Below, one piece after another: positions 21,785 through 34,650 of a stretch of DNA of 64,000 nt; the stretch's first letter is position 1, and the number at the start of each line of letters is the position of its first letter. A program made the translations under genes and the position numbers. The DNA is taken from assembly GCF_009914755.1 (NCBI RefSeq), contig NC_060946.1. One strand, 5' to 3'. The notes beneath the pieces are model-generated. The model had not been told where the DNA came from. It saw nothing but the letters and a program-made list of their open reading frames with translations, and searched no databases. Origin of the DNA: the human T2T-CHM13v2.0 reference genome, Homo sapiens.

Positions 21785-21890
21785 CTGGGCCACGGCCCAC
21801 AGAGCTCAGGAGCCCAGGAACCTCCCAGGTGTCCAGGCTGGGCCACGGCCCACAGAGCTCAGGAGCCCAGGAACCTCCCAGGTGTCCAGG
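21785..21890. repeat. Perfect 2 x 53-bp tandem duplication
   Basis: ctgggccacggcccacagagctcaggagcccaggaacctcccaggtgtccagg at 21785-21837 and 21838-21890. Confidence 0.97.
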
Positions 21891-21973
21891 CCGGGGCTGC
21901 CCTGGACCATGCAGATTGCCCAGGGCCCCCACCATGGAACGGCCTCTTTTGGATGGAGGTGGCGCCCACTCAC

Positions 21974-22095
21974 CTGCTGGGCTTACTCGGCAGAGACTGG
22001 TCGCCTGTCTGGTTGATGCCCGTCAGGGTGACGCCGTCAGTGGCCTTCTTCTTCTCTCTCCGGCTGAGGGTTCGATTCAGGTCTGCGGACCACTC
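21974..22095 (-). CDS. PACSIN2: PACSIN2 exon 8 ([17 protein letters not shown]...SKPS)
   Basis: ctgttgcctag|GAG ... CAG|gtgagt. 122 nt. Contains the Ser313 RTLSRR PKC-type site. Confidence 0.97.
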
Positions 22096-22662
22096 CTAGG
22101 CAACAGGTGCCGAGGGAGAGAAACCAAAGGTTCACTACTTGCTGGAAGCCACGTCTGTCCTCAGTTCCTGCCCAGCGAGCCTGCAGTTGGCTCTGTGCAT
22201 CTGATGTGTAGACTCAGGGCCCCAGCTCTCCCTGGTTTCCCAGAAGACCTCAGGCTCCCCATGCCCCACTTATGAACCCAAACGACCTGAGCCCCTCCTC
22301 ACTGTTCAAAGCAGGGGCTCATCAGGGGATCTGGAGGCTTGCACCTCTACAACCACCCCCAGGCCATGCTGCCCACCTCCCAGAGGACCAGCGGGGGTGG
22401 CGAGGACCAGGGCAAGGTCCGGGGCCTCCTGTTCCTGACCCCACCCACCAAGGTTCTCAGTCCCAGCCCCCTCAGGCCAGCATGGGCCCCTGTGGCCTCC
22501 CCAGATGTCTGCTGAGCCTCCCAAAGTAGACAGGAGCCAGCCTCTGAGGCACCTGTCCTGAAGTGCTGAAGATCCTTTGCGTCGATGCCCTAAATTGTCC
22601 CTGGGCCACAGGGTCAAGACAGTTGGCTTCGGAGACCTGAGCAAGCCTGCCATGTGGAAAGG

Positions 22663-22713
22663 CAGGTGCAAATAAAACCAGGTGCAAATAAAGCCACTGC
22701 AAATAAAACCAGG
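22663..22713. repeat. ~16-bp tandem repeat x3 containing TGCAAATAAA
   Basis: caggtgcaaataaaac caggtgcaaataaagc cactgcaaataaaac cagg. Confidence 0.9.
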
Positions 22714-23542
22714 GCTAGGTGGCTACCCGCTGACAGAAGGGGCAGGCAAGCAGACTCTCAGTCTCCAAAGCGCAGGGCCCTCCCCAGTGTTTTGCTGCCC
22801 TGGGACTTTTCCTCTGTGATCTGAGCACATGCTGGGGCTAACGAAGCAAAGCAGAGTACGCTCCTCCTGGAAGCCTCACGAGTTCTCGGGTGGCGAACTG
22901 GCTTCACCAACCGCACTGAAAATGGACTAGGGCAAAACCATGAATGGAGACTGTGTCTTGATTTTCTAGAAGAGTCTGTGCATGCCCGCAGGTGTTTAAT
23001 GAGCTCTCCTTCCCCCCATCTCCACCAGTTACCAGACAACTCTGATTAAAACTTGGTGTGGCTGAGTCCACGGCTCTGCTCACACGTACTTACAGAACTT
23101 TTGGGTTGGAAGCCAACTCAGAAGCATCCTGTCTAACCTGTCCATTTGTCAGATTAGGAAACTGAGGCCCAGAAAGGCAATGTGATTTGCCCACGCAGTG
23201 TGGGTGGCAGACTTGGGCCCGACCCCAAATCTGGGTCACCTTTTCATCTATTAATTATTTTCTGACCAAAATAGATTGACTGAGAACTCAATTGGAACCT
23301 CAGAGTTCTCCACAGTGACCTCTGAATATAAATTCATCCTGATTGGGTGGCTTCCAAAGGCCAATGGGATCAACACCAAGCCGGCACTGATGGGAAGGGC
23401 CGGCTCTCAATACCCCTGACAGCAGCGCAGCCTCAGCTGAACTGCTAGGAGCCTAGCGGGGGCAGCACACCCACCCATGCGGGCCACAGACACCCTGCAT
23501 GGCGTATGGCACTCTATGAGGTAGCCGAACGCAGACACTTAC

Positions 23543-23548
23543 TTCATC
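23543..23548 (-). CDS. PACSIN2: Candidate 6-nt alternative microexon of PACSIN2 (GAT GAA = Asp-Glu) between exons 7 and 8
   Basis: Minus strand reads ctctaatgcaattctttgtttttatttttcatgccacaag|GATGAA|gtaagt: branch point, U-rich tract, TGC, AG and a consensus donor. In frame, phase 0-0. Confidence 0.8.
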
Positions 23549-25109
23549 CTTGTGGCATGAAAAATAAAAACAAAGAATTGCATTAGAGAAAGGCATGGTC
23601 CCGTAACAGCTGCAAATGTGCGCAGAATGAATGCACAGGGGCTGGTTCCCAGCCCATGGACCCACAGAGAGAAGGACCCCCTAGGCTCTGGCTGGGACAC
23701 CCTCCAGGAGACAGACTGTCAAATAGTCCTCCCCACTGTGCCCCTCTTTGGGTATAATGGGCACCTCTAAGGGACCCAGGCGAATTTCACAGGTGGTTTC
23801 CTGTGCCACTCCGGGAGCAGCAAATCCTCGCTGTGTCTGAAACCCCAGCTGTGCACAAAACACGTCAGCCAAGACTTCCTGGTGTGTGGCTCCAGAGGAG
23901 AGGCTGGGCTTTGTGCTGTCCCCTCTAGGGCCGCTTCCAGTCAGGACGGCTCTGGCCCTCCATGCTCTCTCAGTGCCTCTGTGGAAGGGGCACAGCTGCT
24001 CTACTGCCTCCTACTGGGAGCAAGTCCTGGGGCTGGCGCAGGGGAGTGCTCGGCAGCAGGGCCCACACTGTCATTTGGAAAAACCTTCCTGTTAAGGGCC
24101 ATAAAAGAAGTGCAGGAGTAAGGACTGACAAAACTGCAGGCTATGAGGCGCCCAGGAGGTTTCTGAGTGGTGGGCCTGGGTCAATAGCCCTGCGTGGACA
24201 AAGTCACCATGTTCCCTAACAGCCCCCGACAGGAGATGGGTGCTCTTGTCATTCCCATTCCACACGTGGGAAAACTGAGTCACAAAAAGGGCGAATAGTT
24301 TGCTCAGCTTCCCACAGGTGGTCAGAGGTGAGCAGAATCTGAATGCAGCCCGGGCTCTGGCCGCTGCTGAGTCGGGGAAGCCACGAGGCCCACGCCCACA
24401 GCAGAGGTAGTCGCCCTCAGCATCCCTGCTGGGGCAGCTGACGCCACGTGCTTAAGCCTCAGGGGCACCAGGACCTTTGCCCACTGCCTTCAGGGTGCCA
24501 GGTGGGGCCTAGTGACCAATCCAAGGGCTAGGTGAGTCCTGAGATCCCCAGGCCCTTGCATTTCGAATGTAAAGATAATGAAAGCTTAGACCCACATGAT
24601 GGGAAAAGAAGAACATTCATTTTGAATCAGGATTCACTGAATTTACTGCCTGGAGTAGGGAAAAGTCCTTTGTTGGAAGGGTAGGGAGGGCTGCCCACTG
24701 AGACCACCTCCCCTCCCCTGGCCCACCGTGAGGGGAGCACTGTGGCTGCTCCCTTCCTGGCCATCCCACAGGGTGGGTCAGGGACCTGAGGTCCTGTGTG
24801 CCTACGGCTCCTGAGACTGACTAGGAAGGAAGGGAATGCCAGTGGCCAAAAAGTGACAGTCAAACATTCCCAACTAGAGAGGACATAACCGCGACTTCAG
24901 GAGAGGTTCAGAAGGCCTTCGGTAATGCCTGCAGCCCCCCAGGACTCTATGCCAGAACTTGGTCTGTACTATAGCTATGCCTAAAGGCTGCCTGATAAAC
25001 AGGGCAAACACTAACATAGAGTCTAGAATGAGAAAGACATCATCTAGCAACTCTGTGGGCCCAGGTCCTCTTCCAGGCTGATGAGCTCATGGGCACACCC
25101 TCCTCTTAC

Positions 25110-25230
25110 CTCAAACTGCGGCCAGTTCATGGCCATGCCCGGCCCGTGATTGGCTCGGAACCACCTCAGGTCCTCCACTGCATCAGCTGCTCTGATGCTC
25201 TGCTCCAGGTCATGGTAAATGGCTTTGTAG
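25110..25230 (-). CDS. PACSIN2: PACSIN2 exon 7 (YKAIYHDLE...MNWPQFE)
   Basis: ctctgatttag|C ... GAG|gtaaga. 121 nt, ends in phase 0. Confidence 0.97.
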
Positions 25231-25880
25231 CTAAATCAGAGAGAAACGTGGCTCTTTTAGAAGGCAGGGGCCAGCTACCCTTTGTCCCAGCCCAGTGCCA
25301 GCCACAGCAGGTCCCGTGGTCTCTGCCCTCTGTGAGTTGGTTTCACAGACAGAGCCAGAACACTCCTCCCTTGGCTCAGGTGGAAGGTCACGGGCCGCCA
25401 CGTGCACAGATGGCTCCTGACAAATGAGCTTTAAATCAAACCAGCCAAGCAGGTGGCAATGACTAAGCCCTGCTCTGTGTCACATATGCAAAAGGCACCA
25501 GCAGGTGGGCTGTGTGGGCCACCACTCTGTGTGGTCCCATTTCACCAGGCCCAGAGTTGAGGAAGAGAAAACTGGAGGGTGTTAGAAAGTACCCCTCCTT
25601 CCTCATCTCTGTCCAGAAAAGCTTTATACCCAGACTTGCCAATGCAGAGCGTGAAGATGACCCGGTGCTGAACACACCCACCACCAAGACGGGGTGGGGG
25701 CTGCCTTCCGCCTGGCAGCCATCATCGGCTCACCTTCCTAGGAAGCTGCCCTGCCAGGGAAGAGTATGGATCACTGCTGGACCTGATATTTTCACTTATA
25801 ATCTTTATGGCTGGTGAGTCATGTACTTTCTCTGGGCCTCGGTTTCCTCCTCCGTTGAGTGGGCATGATCCCCTCCATCA

Positions 25881-26070
25881 AGGGTTGAATTGTGTCCTTC
25901 ATAGGAGACATGCTGGAGTCCAAACCCCAGTGCCTCGGAATGTGGCCTTATTTGGAAATAAGGTCTTTATAGAGGTAATCAAGCTAAAATGAGGTCACTA
26001 GCAGGGGCCCTAATCCATATGACTGGTGCCTGTATTAAAAGGGGGAAATCCAGACACAGAGACAGACAAG
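25881..26070 (+). mobile_element. MLT1-family LTR fragment with MIR-like flanks
   Basis: gggttgaattgtgtcc ... gaatgtggccttatttggaaataaggtcttt ... ccctaatccatatgactggtg is MLT1-like. Confidence 0.82.
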
Positions 26071-26649
26071 CATCCACACGATGGGAGTCACTCCACATGC
26101 AGAAGAGCCTGACACAGGCCAGCCTCACCCTGCTCCTGCCAGCAGAGCAGCCTCGGGCAAGTCATTTAATCTCACCCAGCCTCAGCTTCCTCATCAATAA
26201 GATGGGGTCAGTGCCACCCACTTTACAAGACTATCATAAAAATGGAATGGTGGCAGAGCAGCAGCGGTGCAGTAACTGTTGCTTTTGATGATTGTTACAC
26301 AGAGGGAGACAAACGGAATGTGTCTCCTATTAACAGCAAGCCTTGACCCGTGACGCATCCCTACACGGTTCTGCTAGATGGATGACAGTAATCCACGTCC
26401 TTGACTTAGCTGGGACCTCTGCCCTGGTGAAGGCATCACAGAACCAAAGATGAGGAAAGCACAGAAGAAACAGCACAGCTTCCATATCACAATTCAGAAC
26501 CAAGTCTCAGAGGGTATGTGCTGTCCTGGGGGCTGAGAGCCACTAAGCAGTCACCTGATCACAAAGGGCCTCAAAGAAAGACTGTCCCAGGCACGACCAG
26601 CCCAGAAATGCCAGATTCACCTCCAGTGGATCTTACATATGCCAGCTGC

Positions 26650-27051
<402 letters not shown>

Positions 27052-27311
27052 TTATCTGCTTGGGCCAGCAATTGGCCGGGTCAACCAGGCCTTCCAGAGG
27101 TCCAGCCGGCCATGCCTGCAGCTGCAGAAACACTCAGCAGAGGGGCCCTCCCTGCCATCCAGATTACAAAGAAGCAGGAGGCCCTGAGGGCGGTGAGGAG
27201 ACCTCCTGATGAACGCGCCATCCCAAACCTGGGAGCAGCATCTGAGTTTGCTTCAAAAGCACTTTCCGTTGACTTCAATGACGTGTGTGTTTTAGCTCAA
27301 AGGAAACTTAC

Positions 27312-27487
27312 CCAGCCACATTGGACAGGTCTAGGTGCTTCTGAACCTCCAGCAGAACCTCCCGGAAGAAGCGAAGGCGTTTCTCCTCGAACTGCTGGCA
27401 CTGCTCAAACACCTGCTCCATGTTCTCCATGTACTGGGGTGTGCCCTGGTCGAGTTCCTTCAGGGACTTCTCATACTTCTCTTTGGT
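27312..27487 (-). CDS. PACSIN2: PACSIN2 exon 6 (TKEKYEKSL...DLSNVAG)
   Basis: ttttcctttag|ACC ... TGG|gtaagt. 176 nt. Confidence 0.97.
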
Positions 27488-29342
27488 CTAAAGGAAAATC
27501 CAGGCACAAGACAGAGGTTCATTTCCATTTAGCCCTTGGCTCACCCTGCCCCTGGAGTGTCTCAGGCCTTCCCAGATTCCAAATGCAAAGAAAAAACAGG
27601 AGCTCTGGATTCTGACAGACTTCAAGTTCAAGTCCCAGTTCCTCCACTCCTGCAAGGTGAATCACACTCCTGCCATCTGCCCTGTCTCTCAGCTGGAGCA
27701 AGGCCCAGACAGGTAGATGCCGGCAAAGGGCAGTCTCCCCAGAACTCAGTGTGTATGGTCTTGAGCGTGCCACACGCCCATGTCCTCTTCTCCCTGTGGG
27801 GAAGGGCTGTGCCTGGCTACCCTCAAGCCTCAGATCTGGCCCACAGCAAAGGTGGGGCTGGGGCTGAATCCTGCAGCTCTCTTGGAGCCTCACTGTCCTT
27901 TATCAGATGAGGACATCTCTCCTTCACAGTGTTCTGATATGTACATGATGGGGTGCAGGAAGAAGGCATTCAAAAAAAGTCCTCCTTCTCTTGTCTTTCA
28001 GCCCACTCCATCCCCCTCACACAGCTGCTCCCTCCCAGATTGTCCCAAGAAGGGGTTTTACAAGGCAGGAAATGTTAAAAAGCAGGTGTGGCCTATCTCA
28101 AGAATATCCAGGGGCAGCTAGAAAACGTGTGAAATTCCTAAGACATGGCTAAAGTGGGCACATTCATCTGGTGGGGATGTGCCTCGAGGTCAATGACCTC
28201 ACACTGGTACACACTTCCCCGCACCCCCTCATCTCAGCATGCAGGGCCACCAGTTTGGTGGCCAGGTGGTTTTGTTAGTTGGTGGGATCATGGTCGTGTT
28301 GTCCCCCTGGGGTGGGTGAGAGATAGCAGGGCTGGGGCCACCTATTTATTGCAATTCTTTCTACTATGGGGGTAGTCACGGGCTCCACTCAGGTCTAAGC
28401 TTTGCTGTCCCTAACAACATGTGCAGGGCCTTCTGAGGAAGGATGGAGCGCTTCCCGAGACACTGCAGGCCTATCGGGCACCCTCTCTGCCCCCAGCTGG
28501 GACTGAGTCTACCCTGCCCATGCGGCTCCCCTCCCAGATGCTCTCCTCTGACTCACGTGGCTCAGAGCCCTGGGAGACTCTGCTTCAGGCTCCAAAGCAA
28601 CTCCTCTTCTTGAAGCCTTCCCCAGCCTCGTGAGACCAGGTTCCACCCCGCCCTCTAGGGCCCTGACTCCTGCCCCTTTCTCCTCTCCTGGTATCCGGGT
28701 CCTTGCTCTGCTTCTCAGCCTCCTAAGATGGCTGGGCTTGGGTCCTCTGTGCCAGGAAAAGGCCACCCCTGCCAGGGCTGGGGCATGCCCAGCAGAGAAA
28801 GAGCTCCACAGCGCTGTGGCTATTCCCCTATTCCCCACAGCCATCCACACTGCCCGTGCCCACTACCTGGCAGCCCTGCATGGGAGCCTAGCTCAGAAGC
28901 CCAAGACACATAGCTGTGGGTTCAGCGCCCAGCATCTGGAGGATACTGCTGAAGTGACACAGAGCAGCCCCATCTCAGGAGCCTTCAAGACACAATAGCC
29001 TCCCGGGAGCTCTCAGGGTACTCAGTGGCAACAAGATGCTCCACCTCTGGGCTGCCCCTGCCCTCAGCCTGTGCCGACCCTGCTAGCCCCAAGTCCTGCC
29101 CCCAGCACAGGCCAGGTACTCAGCAGGGTCATCACTGTTCTGGAAATCCCCTTGCAGGGCATAGAAAGTTCTCAGCGAACACCCATGGAGTAAAACAAGA
29201 GGCGGCCTTCACCCTTAGGTGGATTGTAATATTTTAGCACTAAATGCAAAAAGTTCTTTTATGATGGATGCTACAAGATGTAGTTGATGGCTGATAAGAA
29301 ACATGAAAGTACATGTGCAACCAGTCAGCAATGGTATGTATG

Positions 29343-29382
29343 TAGGTAGGTAGGTAGGTAGGTAGGTAGGTAGGTAGGTAGG
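29343..29382. repeat. (TAGG)10 tetranucleotide STR in an Alu tail
   Basis: Perfect run flanked by TATG units and inverted CCTA units. Confidence 0.95.
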
Positions 29383-29404
29383 TATGTATGTACCTACCTA
29401 CTTA

Positions 29405-29610
29405 CCTACTTTAGAGATGAGGTCTCACTCTGTCACCCAGGCTGGAGTGCAGTGGTGTGACCACAGCTTGCAGCAGCCTTGAACTCCTGGGCTCAAGCAA
29501 TCCTCCCGCCTCAGCCTCCAAAGTAGCTGGGACTACAGGCACGTGCTACCACACCCAACTAAGTTTTTAAATTTTTTGTAGAGATGAGGTCTCACTATGT
29601 TTCCCAGGCT
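29405..29610 (-). mobile_element. Partial AluJ-like element
   Basis: Reverse right arm and part of the left arm. Confidence 0.9.
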
Positions 29611-31178
29611 GTGTGCTGGATTTTGGAAACTGCGTCAAGAAGGGTGGTGGGGAGGGACTGGCCTCCTCTCCAGAGCTCTAGGCACACAAGGACCTCTCAT
29701 ATCCTGCAGTCACTGGCCAGACCAAAGAGGCAGGGAGGGTCCCAGGAGGGAACCCACTACAAACTGTCCCAGTCATCCTGCCAGGCGCTTATGTCCAACC
29801 TCGAGCCCTGGGCCTGTTCTGCAAAAGCCTGAGTTGATGTTCTGGGTGGCTGTCAAACATGAAAGGCCTCTTCCTCTCCATCTCTGTCTCCCTTTCTCTC
29901 ACACAGGCACGCCCCCGCCCAACATGGAGAAGCCCCATCTTTCCTCTAGGCACCTTTTTGGGCACCTGATTCCCTGGGATTCTGGCAAAGGCCCGAGAGT
30001 TCTCCCGGACCTTGTGCTTCTTGAGCCCAGGTGCCTCCCACTCAGTAGTTGGTTCCAGGCTCCTCACCTGATCCCACCGTGGAGGCACCTGGGCTGCTTC
30101 AAAAGCCCAGATTCCTGGCTCCAGCAATGGGAGTGAGAGGGGTTTCCCAGAGGATTCTGACACTTGGTCTGAGTGACGAACTCTCGTGTAGATGACGTGT
30201 TCCCCTTGCTACACCGACGGCATAGCAGTGAGGAACAGTGGAGAAAGGGCATATGTATGGGCTTGAGGTCAGAAGTTCCTGCTCTCACCTGCTGGATGGC
30301 ACGTGACTTAACCTCTCTGATCTTGGTTTCCTCATTCACAAAACAGGGATGCCACCACCTAACTGACAGGGGCCAGGAAAGGCTGGTGGGTAGTGAAACC
30401 AGCTTAGGCCTCTTGCCTCCCCTCTGCCCATGTCCTCTTCCTGGAGTGCAGCCTCTCTCTACCTCATTCCGTCTCTCTCTGCAAATCCTGGTTGGGAATC
30501 TCCTCTCCAAACACCGAGGCAGGGCAGGCCCTCGGCAATCACACCCCCCAGCCCTCACCCCTCATGGCTGACCAAAGGAGGGGAGGTGGGGCCGAGGGCT
30601 GAGCCCCTCCCTTCCTGTGAACTTTTAAATCACAAGACGATGACGCTGTCTGGTTTTAAGTCCTGTGACTCCAGGACCTTCCAGGCAGAATCACTTATCT
30701 ACACCTGCGGAGCATGTAATAGTTTACACAATGATTTCTCATTAACCCATGGGGCAGAAAATCTCCGCTTCACAACAGAAATGGAAGGGCACCCATGATG
30801 CCACAGTGCCTGGTCACGGTCTCTCCTTGGCCAAAGACCACCCTTCTGCCACCCCTGGCTCCACAGCCTCTGCCTCACTTTCGGGGCCTGTCACTGTGGA
30901 GACTGCAGGGCCCCTCCATCCTCCCTCCCACCTGGCTCCCCCAGACAAGCGCTCCCAGCCTGCAGTCCCTCCCCCAGGTCTCTGCCCCCAGCCCCTCTCC
31001 CTACACAAGCAGAGCAATCCTTCTAAACCATCTCACCCTCCTCACCTCCTCCCTGATCCCACCCAGGCTCAGGCCTTCCTGAGTGGCTCCTGGTCAGCAG
31101 CATCCTAAGCTCCTTACTCAGCCTGGCTGTCCAGGCCACTGGTGATTTGGTCCTCATAACCCTCCATACCAGCTCACA

Positions 31179-31256
31179 CCACACCCATTCACACCCACCA
31201 CTGGCCACAACCATTCACACCTGCCACCAGCCACACCCATTCACACCCACCACTGG
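31179..31256. repeat. 26-bp minisatellite x3
   Basis: ccacacccattcacacccaccactgg units. Confidence 0.88.
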
Positions 31257-31572
31257 CGACGCCCATGTTGGCACAAGCAGCTCCCTGCAGCAATCCCAGC
31301 TGTCCTTGTGTCTCTGAGCACCAAGAGCTGTCTCTTACCCCTGGCTTGCCCAGAGCCTGGCTCTGTCCCTTGACTGAGCAGGTACAGTGGCTATGGTGAG
31401 GCGAGGTGCTAGGGCACTCACCTGTGGCCTTCTTGAGGACAGGGGTGTGTTTTATTGGTTATTTATCCCTCTATCCACCCATTCACCCAAGCAGTTACAG
31501 AAGGCTATATGCCAGACACGTCAACAACTGACACGGTGACACTCGACGTGTAAAAACAAGTGTACAGTTTAC

Positions 31573-31728
31573 CTTAAGAACATCTTGCTTGCACTTTTCT
31601 ATTTTGTCTTGCAATTTCTTGAGCTGTTCAGGGTTGAGGGATGGGTCTGCCTTGCTGTTGGCTTCTCGTGAGATAGCCAGCTTCTCCTCTTTGCACGCTG
31701 CATGGTGGGCTTTCTTTGCTGCTTCTAC
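31573..31728 (-). CDS. PACSIN2: PACSIN2 exon 5 (VEAAKKAHH...KQDVLK)
   Basis: ttctccctgtag|GTA ... AAG|gtaaac. 156 nt, phase 0-0. Confidence 0.97.
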
Positions 31729-32110
31729 CTACAGGGAGAATGAGTTCCTGAATGCCATGTCACTGGGAGTTCAGGATCCTCACTAGAAGTCACACAGACC
31801 ATGGGAATGCTTGTGCTACCAAGAGGGGAGAAAAAGGCAGGTACAAAATTGTATGTATACTATCATAGCAACCAGTCACAACAGGAACGCACTCAACACA
31901 TATTCATGGAGTACTTGCTTGTCCTGTGCATGGTTCGAGGCACCAGGAACACAGCAAGAAACACAAGGTCTTTGTGAAGCTTTCATTTGAGTTGCAGGAG
32001 GCAGATACAGTATAGGAAAAGTTACATGCCAGAGTCAATTAGAGGGCATTAAGTGTAGGGGAGGACAACTGAGACGGAGCATGGGGTGGGTGGAGAAAGC
32101 CACTGAGATG

Positions 32111-32156
32111 ACATGGAACACGCACATGGAGCACGCACATGGAACACGCACATGGA
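32111..32156. repeat. 13-bp tandem repeat x3.5
   Basis: acatgga[a/g]cacgc units. Confidence 0.92.
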
Positions 32157-32298
32157 GGGGTTATGGGCATCCCAGGAAGACCATGCCAGGCCGCAGGATC
32201 GGCAAATACAAAGAAAGTTCCAAGGAGGAACCCAGCATGAGAGAGAGGACCATACTAGGGGGCAGGGCCATCAGCCACATTTCCTCTGGTTTTAATGG

Positions 32299-32303
<5 letters not shown>

Positions 32304-32345
<42 letters not shown>
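32304..32345. repeat. (AC)21 microsatellite
   Basis: Perfect run. Confidence 0.97.
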
Positions 32346-32348
<3 letters not shown>

Positions 32349-32897
32349 TAACAGATCCTTCCTTATTTGAGCCAAAGCCACAAATTTCATTCTAGAGGGA
32401 AGGAGGAGTTTATTAGCAAAGGCCTCATGAGACACAGACAGTTTCATTATGAATGGGGCCAGGGACAAAACAGAAGAGAAAGGAGATGTGACAAAAGCTA
32501 AGACACAGAGAAAAGGAGACACAGAGAAAACCATCCGGAAGGACAGAGGCATGTTCTGGATGATTCTGAGGCGGAGGAAGGCAGCGCAAGGCCAGAGAAC
32601 ATCTGGGTGTTGGGGGTGGCACATCTACCGTCTACTCCATTCCAGCTAGGAATGGGGGGCGAGGCTGCAGGCAGGGGCGGGGCACACAAGCTGAGGGCTG
32701 GGGTGGACAGATGACAGCCTCCAACTAGCCAAGGCTCGACAAAACTCAATGGCTTTGGTTGCTACTTTTAGAAAAACAGGTATCAATGTTTGAAATTTTG
32801 GGATAAAAACCTATGCAAGAGAAAGAAAAATGTAAACTAGTTCTTTCTATCGTCAAAGGGACTTGAAAAAAAAATAAAGTGAAAGCAAGTTTATTGA

Positions 32898-33244
<347 letters not shown>

Positions 33245-33299
33245 AAGGACTTTTAAGTCTCCAGCAGACACTTCCCCAGGGTTGGGAGAAGTACTGTTA

Positions 33300-33702
<403 letters not shown>

Positions 33703-33838
33703 TCAGCATCTTCAACCTGGGTAAATGTCAACTACCATGGGCTTCTAGCCTGAGGAGTGGCTTCATCTCTACCAGGTCTGGCCTCCTGTGCCTACAGCCA
33801 GTGGCAGGAAGTCCTAGGTGCAGGAGGTGGTGCTGCTA

Positions 33839-34650
<812 letters not shown>

